Source: Patescibacteria group bacterium
GTDB lineage: Bacteria > Patescibacteriota > CPR2 > UBA1875
DNA length: 64,000 nucleotides
Assembly: GCA_041737595.1 (NCBI GenBank)
Contig: JBGSRK010000010.1
Coordinates: forward strand, 96,001 to 160,000
Reading direction: 5' to 3'
Made by a program: the position numbers and the translations under genes. Positions 1 through 9,469 of this stretch are shown here, one piece after another (within the stretch, counting starts at the first letter, position 1; each line of letters starts with the position of its first letter). The notes under the pieces are model-generated. The model had not been told where the DNA came from. It did no database searches and saw only the letters and a list, made by a program, of their open reading frames with translations.

Positions 1-362
1 AATATGGGAATCTTCAAGAAACATCAAAAAAACTATCTGAAAGGTTAGATACAATAAAAAGAATCGATACAAATTCAAATAAATGGTCCGGGATTATGAC
101 TGAAATCAATAAGGTGGTACCTGCGGGTATCTATCTTACGGGGCTAAAAATGGACTCAAACATTAAAAATCGTAGCCAAATTACTGGTTATGCTGTTTCA
201 AAAAGAGAAGTAGCATCATTACAAGAAGCTCTAGAAAAATCTGATTTATTAGAATATGTAGATATTGAAGGTTCCCAAACTCAAACTGACCCCTCAAGTG
301 GGCTAGAAAGAGAAAATTTTACTATTAGCCTAACCTTGAAACGTGAGGCGTTAGATGAATAG
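1..362 (+). CDS. pilN: PilN-like type IV pilus alignment protein (5'-truncated by window edge)
   Basis: Frame open from position 3; 'W..IM.EI.KVVPAGIYLTGL...ITGYA.S...VA' PilN-type pattern; overlaps downstream pilO. Confidence 0.65.
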   Translation, partial: YGNLQETSKKLSERLDTIKRIDTNSNKWSGIMTEINKVVPAGIYLTGLKMDSNIKNRSQITGYAVSKREVASLQEALEKSDLLEYVDIEGSQTQTDPSSGLERENFTISLTLKREALDE

Positions 363-933
363 ACTAAGAAGTTTTAATATAATTATTTCTGTATTGTTTT
401 CATTAATGATAATATCTATTTTCGGTTTATTTATTATTGGATATATTTTAATTTCTGATAATAGATCTACTTTAGCTGAAAATGAATATAGAATAAGTAA
501 AGTAGATGAAGCAGAAGATAATCTTTCTTCACTTGAAAAAAGATATAATTTGATTAAAAATGATTTGATTAAAATAAATACAGCCCTCCCAGATCAAAAA
601 GATAGCTCATTAATAGTATCTGACCTAGATTCACTCGCAAATAGCTCTGGATTAAAACTAGTGTTAATTAAATCTGCTATCACGGGTAAAAAAAGTTCAA
701 GTTCTGATTTAAGTCTATTACAAACAATTAAGGGTAAATATGGATATGAGATCCCAATAGAAATAAAAGTAGATGGAAGCTTTGGTAGTCTTTCAGATTT
801 TATTTCTAAAATTGAATCATCTCAAAGATTATTGAATATTACTTATATTGATATTTCTAAGGTTAGTAGGACAGGAGACATGAGTGATAGTATAGAAGCA
901 AAAATTAAATTAACGGCTTATTTAAAAAAATGA
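355..933 (+). CDS. pilO: PilO-like type IV pilus assembly protein
   Basis: N-terminal TM, coiled coil, 'ALPDQKD', 'I.V.GSF..L..FI.KIE...RLLNI..I.I' PilO signature. Confidence 0.8.
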   Translation: MNRLRSFNIIISVLFSLMIISIFGLFIIGYILISDNRSTLAENEYRISKVDEAEDNLSSLEKRYNLIKNDLIKINTALPDQKDSSLIVSDLDSLANSSGLKLVLIKSAITGKKSSSSDLSLLQTIKGKYGYEIPIEIKVDGSFGSLSDFISKIESSQRLLNITYIDISKVSRTGDMSDSIEAKIKLTAYLKK

Positions 934-1244
934 AAACAAATAAAACCCAAAATTATAAAATAACAAATCTTAAAGAACTTGGGATTAAACTTTCCAACCA
1001 AAAAACTATGTGGCAAAATGGATTATTTTATGCCGTTATAATCTCTTTGGTTATATTTATATGTGCTATGAGCTATATTTTCTTTAGGCCACTTAGCTCT
1101 GATATGAAACAAATAATTAATGAAGAAATAAATTCATCTAATGTAACCTTTAATGAAAAGGTGATAGAAGATTTAAGTAAAAAACAACAACCAATTAAAT
1201 CATCTGAGACCACAGTCGGTAAAAACCCTTTTTTACCTTTTTAG
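930..1244 (+). CDS. Single-TM hypothetical protein in the PilP position
   Basis: ATGA overlap with pilO; one TM helix; C-terminal 'GKNPF' motif. Confidence 0.55.
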   Translation: MKTNKTQNYKITNLKELGIKLSNQKTMWQNGLFYAVIISLVIFICAMSYIFFRPLSSDMKQIINEEINSSNVTFNEKVIEDLSKKQQPIKSSETTVGKNPFLPF

Positions 1245-1843
1245 TCGCTCTTTGCTATTTTTTTACCCCTAGTTCTTCTTTCATTTTCTTCAAGTTCTTT
1301 AAGCTCCATTATTTTTCTTTGAAGACCGTCGGGATCATTTATATTATTAAAAATAAAATTTCTTAACTCTCCAGCTGTTTGAATTTCAAGATTCCCATAA
1401 TCTAGAGTTGTTTGGATAATTCCATGTTGCCCAAATGTAACATCTTCTACTTGGTCGAGATCAAGCACAGAAACTTTTCTTGAAAATAATCCAATTTGCT
1501 CAACCTCAACAATATGTTCATCTGTTAAAATCACGACATTATAGTATCTTAAAACCCATGAAGTATAAGGGTAGGTTATAAAAAATAAAATAGAGATAGA
1601 TAAAATTATCTCAGGTAATAGATAAATAAAAGAGTCAGAGCCAGTTTTTTTTAATAAAATAAATAAAATGGTTGAGATAATAGAAAAGAAACCTCCGATA
1701 ATAAATGGTGTCAAAAGATAAAACCAATGTTTTCTTGTTATAATTAAAACATTTTCATCATCTTCTTGAGATTCAAAATATTTAAATTTTTTAAAAGCTG
1801 TTCCCACCTTAACTCCAATCCATCCCAGCAAAATAATAAACAA
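1241..1843 (-). CDS. Membrane protein with bacterial PH (bPH_2-like) domain
   Basis: 'RKHW', two TM helices, 'LTDEHIV...GLFSR...L..V.DV.......I....DYGNL.IQTAG' pattern. Confidence 0.75.
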   Translation of the reverse strand: MFIILLGWIGVKVGTAFKKFKYFESQEDDENVLIITRKHWFYLLTPFIIGGFFSIISTILFILLKKTGSDSFIYLLPEIILSISILFFITYPYTSWVLRYYNVVILTDEHIVEVEQIGLFSRKVSVLDLDQVEDVTFGQHGIIQTTLDYGNLEIQTAGELRNFIFNNINDPDGLQRKIMELKELEENERRTRGKKIAKSD

Positions 1844-2000
1844 TTACAAGAATATTTATTGAAGCAATAAAGGTAAACAAATAAAGTGTTTTAATACTAA
1901 TATCTTTTGGCATTTTAAGTTTTATTACATGATAAATTAAAGTAATATACCAAATAAACCAAATTGCTAAAAAAAGAAATATTATATAGTTTATATACAT
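1809..2000 (-). CDS. Small two-TM hypothetical protein
   Basis: 63-aa hydrophobic ORF with TATAAT just upstream (2009-2014, minus). Confidence 0.55.
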   Translation of the reverse strand: MYINYIIFLFLAIWFIWYITLIYHVIKLKMPKDISIKTLYLFTFIASINILVIVYYFAGMDWS

Positions 2001-2069
2001 CTTTTATAATTATACACCAATAATAGTCTTTCCAAAAAAATCATATATAAATTAAAAGTTTATAGTATT

Positions 2070-3095
2070 TTATAAAAGTTTTTGTTCGTCAGAAAAACTT
2101 AACCCAAGATGTTTTTTTGCCGCATTAGTAACTTTTCTACCCTTTGGGGTTCTTTCTAAAAATCCGATTTGTATAAGATATGGTTCATAAACATCCTCGA
2201 TTGTGTCACATTCCTCGGCAGTAGCAGCGGAAAGAGTAGAAAGACCAACGGGCCCATTACCAAATTTTTCGATTATGGTTGTTAATAAATTTCTATCAGT
2301 AGCATCGAGGCCACGCTCATCTACTGCTAATCTTTTAAGGGCCTTTTCTGCAATATCTTTAGAAATCTCGCCTTTTTCTTTAACTTGAGCATAATCTCTT
2401 ACTCTCTTAAGTAATCTATTGGCAATACGAGGAGTTTTTCTTGACCTTTTTGCAATTTCTTCAGCCCCACCTTTATCAATCACAATATTTAAAATTTTAG
2501 CAGACCTTTTTATAATTTTTTCTATTTCACCTTCGTTGTAAAAATCGAGCCTTTCAACCATCCCAAACCTATCTCTTAGGGGAGATGACAATAAACCTGC
2601 TCTTGTTGTTGCTCCAACAAGCGTAAATTTAGGAATATCTAGCCTAATAGATCTAGCAGATGGACCTTTCCCAATAATTATATCGAGCACAAAATCTTCC
2701 ATTCCTGGGTATAAAACCTCTTCTACTACTTTATTTAGACGGTGTATTTCATCGATAAATAGAATGTCTCCCTCTTCGAGGTTTGTAAGAATTGAAGCTA
2801 AATCCCCCGCTCTTTCAATTGCTGGCCCTGAAGTTACCCTAATATTTGAATTTGTTTCTGCAGCAATAACATGGGCTAAGGTAGTTTTACCTAATCCTGG
2901 AGGCCCATATAAAAGAACATGATCTATTGGTTCTGACCTTTTTTTTGCAGCAGAAATTGCAATCCCAAGATTATCTTTTATCTGCTCTTGGCCAACATAT
3001 TCTGAGAATTTTCTTGGACGGAGACTTTCTTCGAAGTCTTCTTCCCCTTTAAATTCTTCTGCATCAGTTATATGTGTTTCTTCAAATTCTGACAT
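2070..3095 (-). CDS. ruvB: Holliday junction branch migration helicase RuvB
   Basis: 'SLRP..F.EYVGQ', Walker [10 protein letters not shown], 'FIDEIHRL', 'LVGATTRAG', 'EPYLIQ.G...RTP.GR'. Confidence 0.98.
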   Translation of the reverse strand: MSEFEETHITDAEEFKGEEDFEESLRPRKFSEYVGQEQIKDNLGIAISAAKKRSEPIDHVLLYGPPGLGKTTLAHVIAAETNSNIRVTSGPAIERAGDLASILTNLEEGDILFIDEIHRLNKVVEEVLYPGMEDFVLDIIIGKGPSARSIRLDIPKFTLVGATTRAGLLSSPLRDRFGMVERLDFYNEGEIEKIIKRSAKILNIVIDKGGAEEIAKRSRKTPRIANRLLKRVRDYAQVKEKGEISKDIAEKALKRLAVDERGLDATDRNLLTTIIEKFGNGPVGLSTLSAATAEECDTIEDVYEPYLIQIGFLERTPKGRKVTNAAKKHLGLSFSDEQKLL

Positions 3096-3112
3096 CTTTT
3101 TCCTTTTGGCTT

Positions 3113-3171
3113 GTCATTCTGAGTGGAACGAAGAATCTACTGCAAGATCCTTCACATTCATTCAGGATGAC
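3113..3171. repeat. Palindromic REP/MITE-like element (GTCATTCTGA...TCAGGATGAC), intergenic copy
   Basis: Terminal inverted repeats plus inner GAAGAATCT/AGATCCTTC arms; close copy at 23781-23835 on the opposite strand. Confidence 0.85.
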
Positions 3172-3176
3172 GATTA

Positions 3177-3743
3177 TTATCTTTTCCCTAAATTTTTAAT
3201 CATCCATTTAATTTTTTCATCATTTTCAGTAATTTCTTCAGGTATATTTTTTAAAGCATTAATAATTTCAGGTTTTTGAAAACCAAGACCAAAAAGAGCA
3301 TCGATTATATCTGTGGCATCTGTTTGGGTAATTCCATTCAAATTAATATTAGTAAACCCAATTTTACCCTGAAGTTCAATAATGGCTTTTTCTGCAGTTT
3401 TTTTACCTACACCAGAAACAGCTGATAACATTGAAGAATCTCCTTTTAAGATTGAATCCTTCAAATTATCAATAGGAGCAGAACCAATAATAGCCAGCGC
3501 AACTTTTGGCCCAATCCCAGACACAGAAAGTAAATTTTTAAATAATTCTAACCCACTTTTTTCAGAAAAACCAAAAAGAGAAAATTGGTCTTCTCTAACG
3601 TGGGTATAAATATATAATTCAATTTCATTAACCTTAAGATCAATATTTACGGGTATATTAACTTCATATCCAACATTAGACACGTTTAAAATAATTTTAC
3701 CCACTTCTTGTTCTAATATAGTACCTTTTAAATATCCAATCAT
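3177..3743 (-). CDS. ruvA: Holliday junction DNA-binding protein RuvA
   Basis: 'MIGYLKG', 'VGYEV', 'HVRED...LFGF', HhH motifs 'VSGIGPK' and 'VSGVGKKTA'. Confidence 0.97.
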   Translation of the reverse strand: MIGYLKGTILEQEVGKIILNVSNVGYEVNIPVNIDLKVNEIELYIYTHVREDQFSLFGFSEKSGLELFKNLLSVSGIGPKVALAIIGSAPIDNLKDSILKGDSSMLSAVSGVGKKTAEKAIIELQGKIGFTNINLNGITQTDATDIIDALFGLGFQKPEIINALKNIPEEITENDEKIKWMIKNLGKR

Positions 3744-3788
3744 ATTGCTATTCTACGCGACAGATTTGAAAAATAAAAGTAGACAAAA

Positions 3789-4271
3789 CTATTTTATATT
3801 TTCGCGCCAGGTTTGAGCATGACAAATTGCAACTGCAAGTGCATCTGCTGCATCATCAGGTTTCGGAATTTCTTTTAGAGAAAGTAACGCTTTAACCATC
3901 TGCTGTATTTGATTTTTATCAGCTCTCCCATAGCCAGTTAAGGCCATTTTTACTTCTAGTGGAGTATATTCAAAAACCAAAAGGCCATTTTTCTTCCCAG
4001 CCAGTAAAATTACTCCCCTTGCATGACCAACTGCAATCGCTGTTTTTGCGTTTGCAGCAAAAAATAATTCTTCAACTGCAATATGATCAGGTTTATATTT
4101 TTTTATTATATCTGAAAGTTCATTAAATATTGTATCCAAACGGTCGTGAAGTGGTGTTTTTGCTGGCGTAGAGATAACTCCGTAATCTAAAATATTATAT
4201 TTTTGGCCTTCTTTTTTTAGTACCCCAAAACCAGTAGTTGCAGTTCCTGGGTCTACTCCAATTATTATCAT
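3789..4271 (-). CDS. ruvC: Crossover junction endodeoxyribonuclease RuvC
   Basis: 'IIGVDPG', 'AVEELFF', 'EYTP.EVK', 'DDAADALAVAICH'. Confidence 0.97.
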   Translation of the reverse strand: MIIIGVDPGTATTGFGVLKKEGQKYNILDYGVISTPAKTPLHDRLDTIFNELSDIIKKYKPDHIAVEELFFAANAKTAIAVGHARGVILLAGKKNGLLVFEYTPLEVKMALTGYGRADKNQIQQMVKALLSLKEIPKPDDAADALAVAICHAQTWRENIK

Positions 4272-4678
4272 TTAAACCACCAAATAAATAGTAACGAAAT
4301 TCCAATTACAAAAATATCTGTACCTAAAAACAAAAATTCTTTAAAGTGAGGTTGTCTTTTTGTGTGCCATTGTCCTATTTTTTTATCATATAAAGGCGTA
4401 TATATCATGAGTAAATCAACAATAATCCCACCACAAGCCCCAGCTAAAAATCCATTTATATTCCCAATATCTTGGTAAATAAAAAAAAGTATAAAAAAAA
4501 CAGTAAAAATACCATCAAGTGCCATTAAAATTCCTTTAGATTTTTTATTTTTAGGCCAAAAATGAGGTATTTTATCTAAAATAAAATGTAAAATAATCCC
4601 AGCTAAAAACGCCCAGATTGGTGTTCCTATTCTCTGACCAAGTGCTCCACCGCTTAATGCATGAGAAAGGACTAACAT
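4268..4678 (-). CDS. Membrane protein with possible metal-binding His/Asp motifs (YdjM-like)
   Basis: 'HALSG', 'HFILDKIPH', 'WH'; four hydrophobic segments; coupled between yebC and ruvC. Confidence 0.55.
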   Translation of the reverse strand: MLVLSHALSGGALGQRIGTPIWAFLAGIILHFILDKIPHFWPKNKKSKGILMALDGIFTVFFILFFIYQDIGNINGFLAGACGGIIVDLLMIYTPLYDKKIGQWHTKRQPHFKEFLFLGTDIFVIGISLLFIWWFK

Positions 4679-5433
4679 TAAGAGATCTCCTCTAATATCT
4701 CATCAGAAATATCAAAGTTTGAATGAACTGCTACTACATCGTCTAAACCTTCAAGTGTATCCATGATTTTTAAAATACTTTCGGCTTTATCCTTATCACT
4801 TATTGCAACTTCTTTTTTTGGTATAAATGAAAGCTCAGCATTTTCTGAAATAACATTATTTTCCTCTAAATTTAGTTTTACCGATGAAAGTTCATTCGAT
4901 TTAGTATATACCGTTATTTGATCTTCATTTTCTTCAAAATCATCTGCTCCAGAATCTAATATAATCAATTCTATTTCATCTTTATTTTTGTTTTGTGATT
5001 TAAGATTAATAGACAAAATACCTTTTTGATCAAAAAGATAAGAAACAGAACCACTATTTCCTAAGCTACCACCATGTTTTGTAAAAGCGGCTCTTATCTC
5101 ACCCACTGTACGATTTTTATTATCAGAAGCTGTTTCTACTAAAACTGCTGTCCCTGATGGCCCATAACCTTCATATATAAATTCTTCAATCCTTACACCA
5201 CTATCATCTCCCATTCCTCTCTTTATTGCTCTTTCTATATTTGAAAGAGGCATATTAACGGTTTTCGCTTTATCCATAGCTAAACGTAATGAAAAATTCA
5301 TTTTAGGATCGTTACCACCTTGTTTCGCAGCAAGTGCTATCATATTTGCGACTTGAGTAAAGGATTTACCTTTTTTAGCATCAACAATAGCTTTTTTATG
5401 TTTAATACTCGACCATTTAGAATGTCCTGACAT
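4678..5433 (-). CDS. yebC: YebC/PmpR family protein
   Basis: 'MSGHSKWSSIKHKK', 'YEGYGP.G', 'SDNKNRT'; usual position upstream of ruvCAB. Confidence 0.97.
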   Translation of the reverse strand: MSGHSKWSSIKHKKAIVDAKKGKSFTQVANMIALAAKQGGNDPKMNFSLRLAMDKAKTVNMPLSNIERAIKRGMGDDSGVRIEEFIYEGYGPSGTAVLVETASDNKNRTVGEIRAAFTKHGGSLGNSGSVSYLFDQKGILSINLKSQNKNKDEIELIILDSGADDFEENEDQITVYTKSNELSSVKLNLEENNVISENAELSFIPKKEVAISDKDKAESILKIMDTLEGLDDVVAVHSNFDISDEILEEIS

Positions 5434-5562
5434 ATCTTTTAGCTCCTTCGGTATAAATTATATCACAAGTTATAATTGAGACGATTATTAGTTACTTTTA
5501 TAATTTATAATTTGTATAATTTAATGGAAATTTTGGCCAAATTAAGCTATAATCTTTACGCT

Positions 5563-7341
5563 ATGAACATAGAAAACATTAGAAATTTTTGTATAATTGC
5601 ACATATTGATCACGGGAAATCAACACTAGCTGATCGTTTTTTAGAATTCACTGGAACTATTGAAAAAAGAGATATGAAAGAACAAACGCTAGATACGATG
5701 GATATTGAAAGAGAACGTGGGATTACAATAAAGCTTCAGCCGGCAAGGATGGAATATAAGGGGCATATTTTAAATTTAATTGATACTCCAGGTCATGTCG
5801 ATTTTGCTTATGAAGTTTCAAGATCACTTGCAGCTGTAGAGGGGGCAATTCTTATTGTAGATGCTTCTCAAGGGATAGAAGCACAAACACTATCTACTTT
5901 ATATGCAGCACTAGAAGCAAATCTTGAAATTATCCCAATACTTAATAAGATTGATTTACCTCATGCTGATCCAGAAAAAGTTTCTACAGAAATTATTAAT
6001 CTTCTTGGTTGCAAAAAAGAAGATATAATTTTGGCTAGTGGTAAAACGGGGACTGGGATAGAAGCAATTTTAGATAGAATTATTGAAAAAGTTCCAGCTG
6101 CAAAAAATAAACCTGATATTGGCCCAAAAGCATTAATTTTCGATTCCTTTTACGATTCGTATAAGGGAGTAATTACATATATTAGAGTTTTTAATGGCGA
6201 AATAAAAAAAGGAGACAAAATAAAACTTATGGCCGAAAATACCTTAGCAGAAGCTGTTGAAGTTGGGTATCTTACTCCTAAATTTGTAAAAACAGATTGT
6301 CTTTCTGATGGTGAAATTGGTTATATCATAACTGGTCTTAAAGAAGTTCAAAAAGCTCGTGTTGGTGATACTGTAACCCTGTTAAATAATTCTGCTGAAA
6401 AACCTTTATCTGGTTACCAAACTGTAAAACCTTTTGTATTTGCTGGACTATTTACAATAGAAGGAGATGATTTTCCAATGCTTCGCGACGCACTAGGGAA
6501 ATTAAAACTTTCTGATTCATCCTTGGTTTATGAACCAGAAAATTCAATCGCTCTTGGTTTTGGTTTTAGATGCGGGTTTTTAGGACTTCTGCATATGGAA
6601 ATAGTAAAAGAAAGACTAGAACGAGAGTTTAATCTTGATTTAATAGCTACATCCCCTTCTGTATCCTATGAAGTTCTAAAAACTAGTGGTAATCCATTTA
6701 TCATAACTTCTCCATCAGAATTACCAGACAGATCAATAATAAAAGAGGTTAGGGAGCCATACGTTAAGCTCGAAGTTGTTTCCCCGTCAGATTATTTAGG
6801 CCCAATTATGAAACTTGCTCAAGAAAGACATGGAATTTATAAAAATACTTCATATCTTGATGAGGAAAGGGCAGTTTTGGAATATGAAATACCTCTCTCT
6901 GGTATAGTTACTGATTTTTTTGATAAATTAAAAAGCGCAACATCTGGATATGCTTCTCTAAATTATGATTTTTTAGGTTATAGGGCTGGAGACCTCGTAA
7001 AAGTTGATATTTTAATTAATGGTCAATCTTTTGATACTCTTGCTCTAATAGTTAATCGACTAGATTCTCAAAGAATTGGTGATGAACTGGTTAAAAAATT
7101 AAAAGAATTAATTCCAAGACAAAATTTCAAAATTCCAATTCAGGCTGCCATAGGTGGTAAAATTATCGCACGCGAGGATATCCCTGCTTACAGAAAAGAT
7201 GTTACGGCAAAACTTTATGGTGGAGATGTAACCAGAAAAAATAAACTTTTAGATAAACAAAGAAAAGGTAAAAAAAGAATGAAGAATGTTGGGAATGTTG
7301 AGATTCCGACAGATACTTTTATTAAACTTTTAAAAAATTAA
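5563..7341 (+). CDS. lepA: Translation elongation factor 4 (LepA)
   Basis: 'IRNFCIIAHIDHGKSTLADR', 'DTPGHVDF', 'GFRCGFLGLLH', 'YGGD.TRK.KLL'. Start taken at ATG 5563, not the upstream TTG. Confidence 0.98.
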   Translation: MNIENIRNFCIIAHIDHGKSTLADRFLEFTGTIEKRDMKEQTLDTMDIERERGITIKLQPARMEYKGHILNLIDTPGHVDFAYEVSRSLAAVEGAILIVDASQGIEAQTLSTLYAALEANLEIIPILNKIDLPHADPEKVSTEIINLLGCKKEDIILASGKTGTGIEAILDRIIEKVPAAKNKPDIGPKALIFDSFYDSYKGVITYIRVFNGEIKKGDKIKLMAENTLAEAVEVGYLTPKFVKTDCLSDGEIGYIITGLKEVQKARVGDTVTLLNNSAEKPLSGYQTVKPFVFAGLFTIEGDDFPMLRDALGKLKLSDSSLVYEPENSIALGFGFRCGFLGLLHMEIVKERLEREFNLDLIATSPSVSYEVLKTSGNPFIITSPSELPDRSIIKEVREPYVKLEVVSPSDYLGPIMKLAQERHGIYKNTSYLDEERAVLEYEIPLSGIVTDFFDKLKSATSGYASLNYDFLGYRAGDLVKVDILINGQSFDTLALIVNRLDSQRIGDELVKKLKELIPRQNFKIPIQAAIGGKIIAREDIPAYRKDVTAKLYGGDVTRKNKLLDKQRKGKKRMKNVGNVEIPTDTFIKLLKN

Positions 7342-7376
7342 ATCTAAATATTCCCCTTTCATTAATTTAATATGAA

Positions 7377-7553
7377 TTAATGAACTCTTAAAGATTCAAG
7401 CCTATGAATTTCCTGTTGAAGACGACGTGCTATACCCATTCGACGTCTTTCTTCTTGAGCAATTAAACGATCTACTCGCGCTTCTTCTCTCTCAAGATTC
7501 GCGATTTTGTCGTGTTCTCTTGCTTCTTCCCTAAAGCGAGTATTTATATCCAT
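7377..7553 (-). CDS. 58-aa E/R-rich small protein, absent from the ORF track
   Basis: Hand-translated MDINTRFREEAREHDKIANLEREEARVDRLIAQEERRRMGIARRLQQEIHRLESLRVH*; strong GGAGGAG SD; GC-richer than its flanks. Confidence 0.65.
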   Translation of the reverse strand: MDINTRFREEAREHDKIANLEREEARVDRLIAQEERRRMGIARRLQQEIHRLESLRVH

Positions 7554-7733
7554 GATACTCTCCTCCTCCGCTTTCGCGGGTTACCCAACTATCTTTAATA
7601 ATTATGAGTTATTTTTTATTTAAAAACTACGTTAATAAAGCCAAAAAATAGTTTTATTTATTATATAGAATGTTTTTAGATATAATAAAAATAATCAATT
7701 TATTTTCTACTGATTATTTAAATAATATTATAT

Positions 7734-8285
7734 TTAAATATTAAGTTCAGCTTCTAGTTTTTTAAGAGCAATACGTCGCATTGAGGTTTCTTTTTGCTCC
7801 TCTGGTATCATCTCCCCCCAGGTCTTATCATAGCCCTTTGGAATAAATATTGGGTCCCAACCAAAACCATGTTCTCCCCTTGGTTTTTTTGCAATCGACC
7901 CCACTGAACTTCCAAAAAAAGTCCGTAGTTTCGTCCCGTCATAAAGCCCAAACAGCACTTCTGCTCGAGCCGATCTGTCTTCATAGCCATCAAGAAGTCG
8001 AGCCAGACCTTCGTTATCTAATTCTGTAAGAAACCACTTGATGAGCGGTCCTGGTAATTTGCCTAAGGCTGTAAATACAAGAGAGGTATCTTCAATTAGA
8101 ACTGGAGTACCTACTATTTTAAAAGCCTCTTTTGCTTTATGCTTCACGATTTCATTGAGATCAAGTGATTGAATTTCGACTAAATCCACTTTTTGATGTG
8201 TTACTGGAAAATTTAAATGTCGTCCTAACTGTTCAGCCTTGGCTGCATTTCCTGTAATAAAAGTAAGTTTGTTGAATTTGATCAT
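7734..8285 (-). CDS. Ham1/RdgB-family non-canonical purine NTP pyrophosphatase
   Basis: 'TGN..K', 'EIQ', 'EDTSL', 'LPGP.IKWF', 'FGWDPIF'; SMR in place of the usual SHR. Start at ATG 8285, with TATAAT 6 nt upstream. Confidence 0.9.
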   Translation of the reverse strand: MIKFNKLTFITGNAAKAEQLGRHLNFPVTHQKVDLVEIQSLDLNEIVKHKAKEAFKIVGTPVLIEDTSLVFTALGKLPGPLIKWFLTELDNEGLARLLDGYEDRSARAEVLFGLYDGTKLRTFFGSSVGSIAKKPRGEHGFGWDPIFIPKGYDKTWGEMIPEEQKETSMRRIALKKLEAELNI

Positions 8286-8402
8286 ATGGAAATTATATAA
8301 AAAATATCTAACCATTAATAGAGTGTTGCGTCATCAATATAAAAAGACCAATAAATTCGGTCTCATTAACTGTTTATTTTGACTCTGCGTATCGATTCAG
8401 TA

Positions 8403-8813
8403 CTAAATTACCTTAGTTAGATCTCTTCCGATGAGAATAGGCTCAAAACCTTTTATCTCGTCCTGAAGTATCCCTTCTGGGATATTATTATATAAATATA
8501 TCTTTTTATTTAATCTAAAAGCATCATACATTTCAAGAAAAGTTGCTCCACCAATGTAATTTTTTACCCCATTTTTTTCAAAGTTTAGAACCAATACTGC
8601 ATCTATTGCGTTTATAACATCAGTGCTATGCTTAAGCATTGTTGATTTCCATTCTGAATGTTCCTTTAACCCAAGATTCCTATATCTTTCTTCAGTCCCA
8701 GGATCATCAAAGCAATTAGGCAAAGAGATAATATGACCTGCTTTTTCCAATTCAGCCTTAATCGGCAGAACTTTACTGTAAAAATTTTTACTACAAATTA
8801 TAAATATTTTCAT
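8403..8813 (-). CDS. Nucleoside 2-deoxyribosyltransferase-like (flavodoxin-fold) protein
   Basis: 'KIFIICS', 'IDAVLVLN', 'YIGGATFLEM..A..LNKKIYL' resemble NDT-like proteins with a conserved Glu. Confidence 0.55.
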   Translation of the reverse strand: MKIFIICSKNFYSKVLPIKAELEKAGHIISLPNCFDDPGTEERYRNLGLKEHSEWKSTMLKHSTDVINAIDAVLVLNFEKNGVKNYIGGATFLEMYDAFRLNKKIYLYNNIPEGILQDEIKGFEPILIGRDLTKVI

Positions 8814-8815
8814 TT

Positions 8816-9343
8816 TTAAACCTTGAAATATCTTTCTTTATTAACAATATTACTTAGAGCACAGATTAATGCCTGTGTTAATATTTCCTCTCGTCTAAGT
8901 AAACCCTTTGTAAAGTAATTTATAGGGTCTTTTTCTGCATCTTTGTCTAATTCCTGAATTATAAAGCCTAATTCGGTATGTTCATTAAATATTCTGTCAA
9001 TCATCCATTGAGGGACATTGTAACCCGCACCAATTGAAAAGAATTTATCGCCATCTTTTGTTAAAACACAAATTACAGGTAAATCAAACCATTCACTTGT
9101 TTCCACTACTTGAAGAAGGCCATTTTCAATCCCAATTCCAATTTGTGATTCATTTACTTTTCTTAACGCTTCTTTAGCTCTATTTAAGGCTCCCAATGTC
9201 ATTTCTTCATAACCGACAGGGGCATTTGGAACCAATGATTTTGAATTATGACCGATAACTTCACCATTTATACCAAGCAACTTAAGAGATGCGCTCACAG
9301 CCCTTAGTTTTAATTTACTTTCTGTCCCTACTGCAATTTTCAT
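8816..9343 (-). CDS. yjjX: YjjX-family inosine/xanthosine triphosphatase (DUF84)
   Basis: 'IAVGT.S..K..AV', 'S.V...P.G.EE...GA.NRA', 'GIGIENG', 'ELG', terminal 'R.E....A'. Confidence 0.85.
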   Translation of the reverse strand: MKIAVGTESKLKLRAVSASLKLLGINGEVIGHNSKSLVPNAPVGYEEMTLGALNRAKEALRKVNESQIGIGIENGLLQVVETSEWFDLPVICVLTKDGDKFFSIGAGYNVPQWMIDRIFNEHTELGFIIQELDKDAEKDPINYFTKGLLRREEILTQALICALSNIVNKERYFKV

Positions 9344-9469
9344 AATAATATAATATCACAAATTAAGGCTTAAAATTACAGGTTCTATAGGAGTTAAGGG
9401 GATAAGTATCAAAGAAAAGATTTTACTAAGTCTCTTTTTATATATCTCGCTTGGTGAAAGGATTTAGAA

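Noticed and set aside
5476-5562. N-terminal extension of LepA (likewise ORF-track extensions at 8315, 10525, 48019, 48979, 54617)
   Set aside because: Homology begins at downstream ATGs, and most of the extensions overlap promoter-like sequence.
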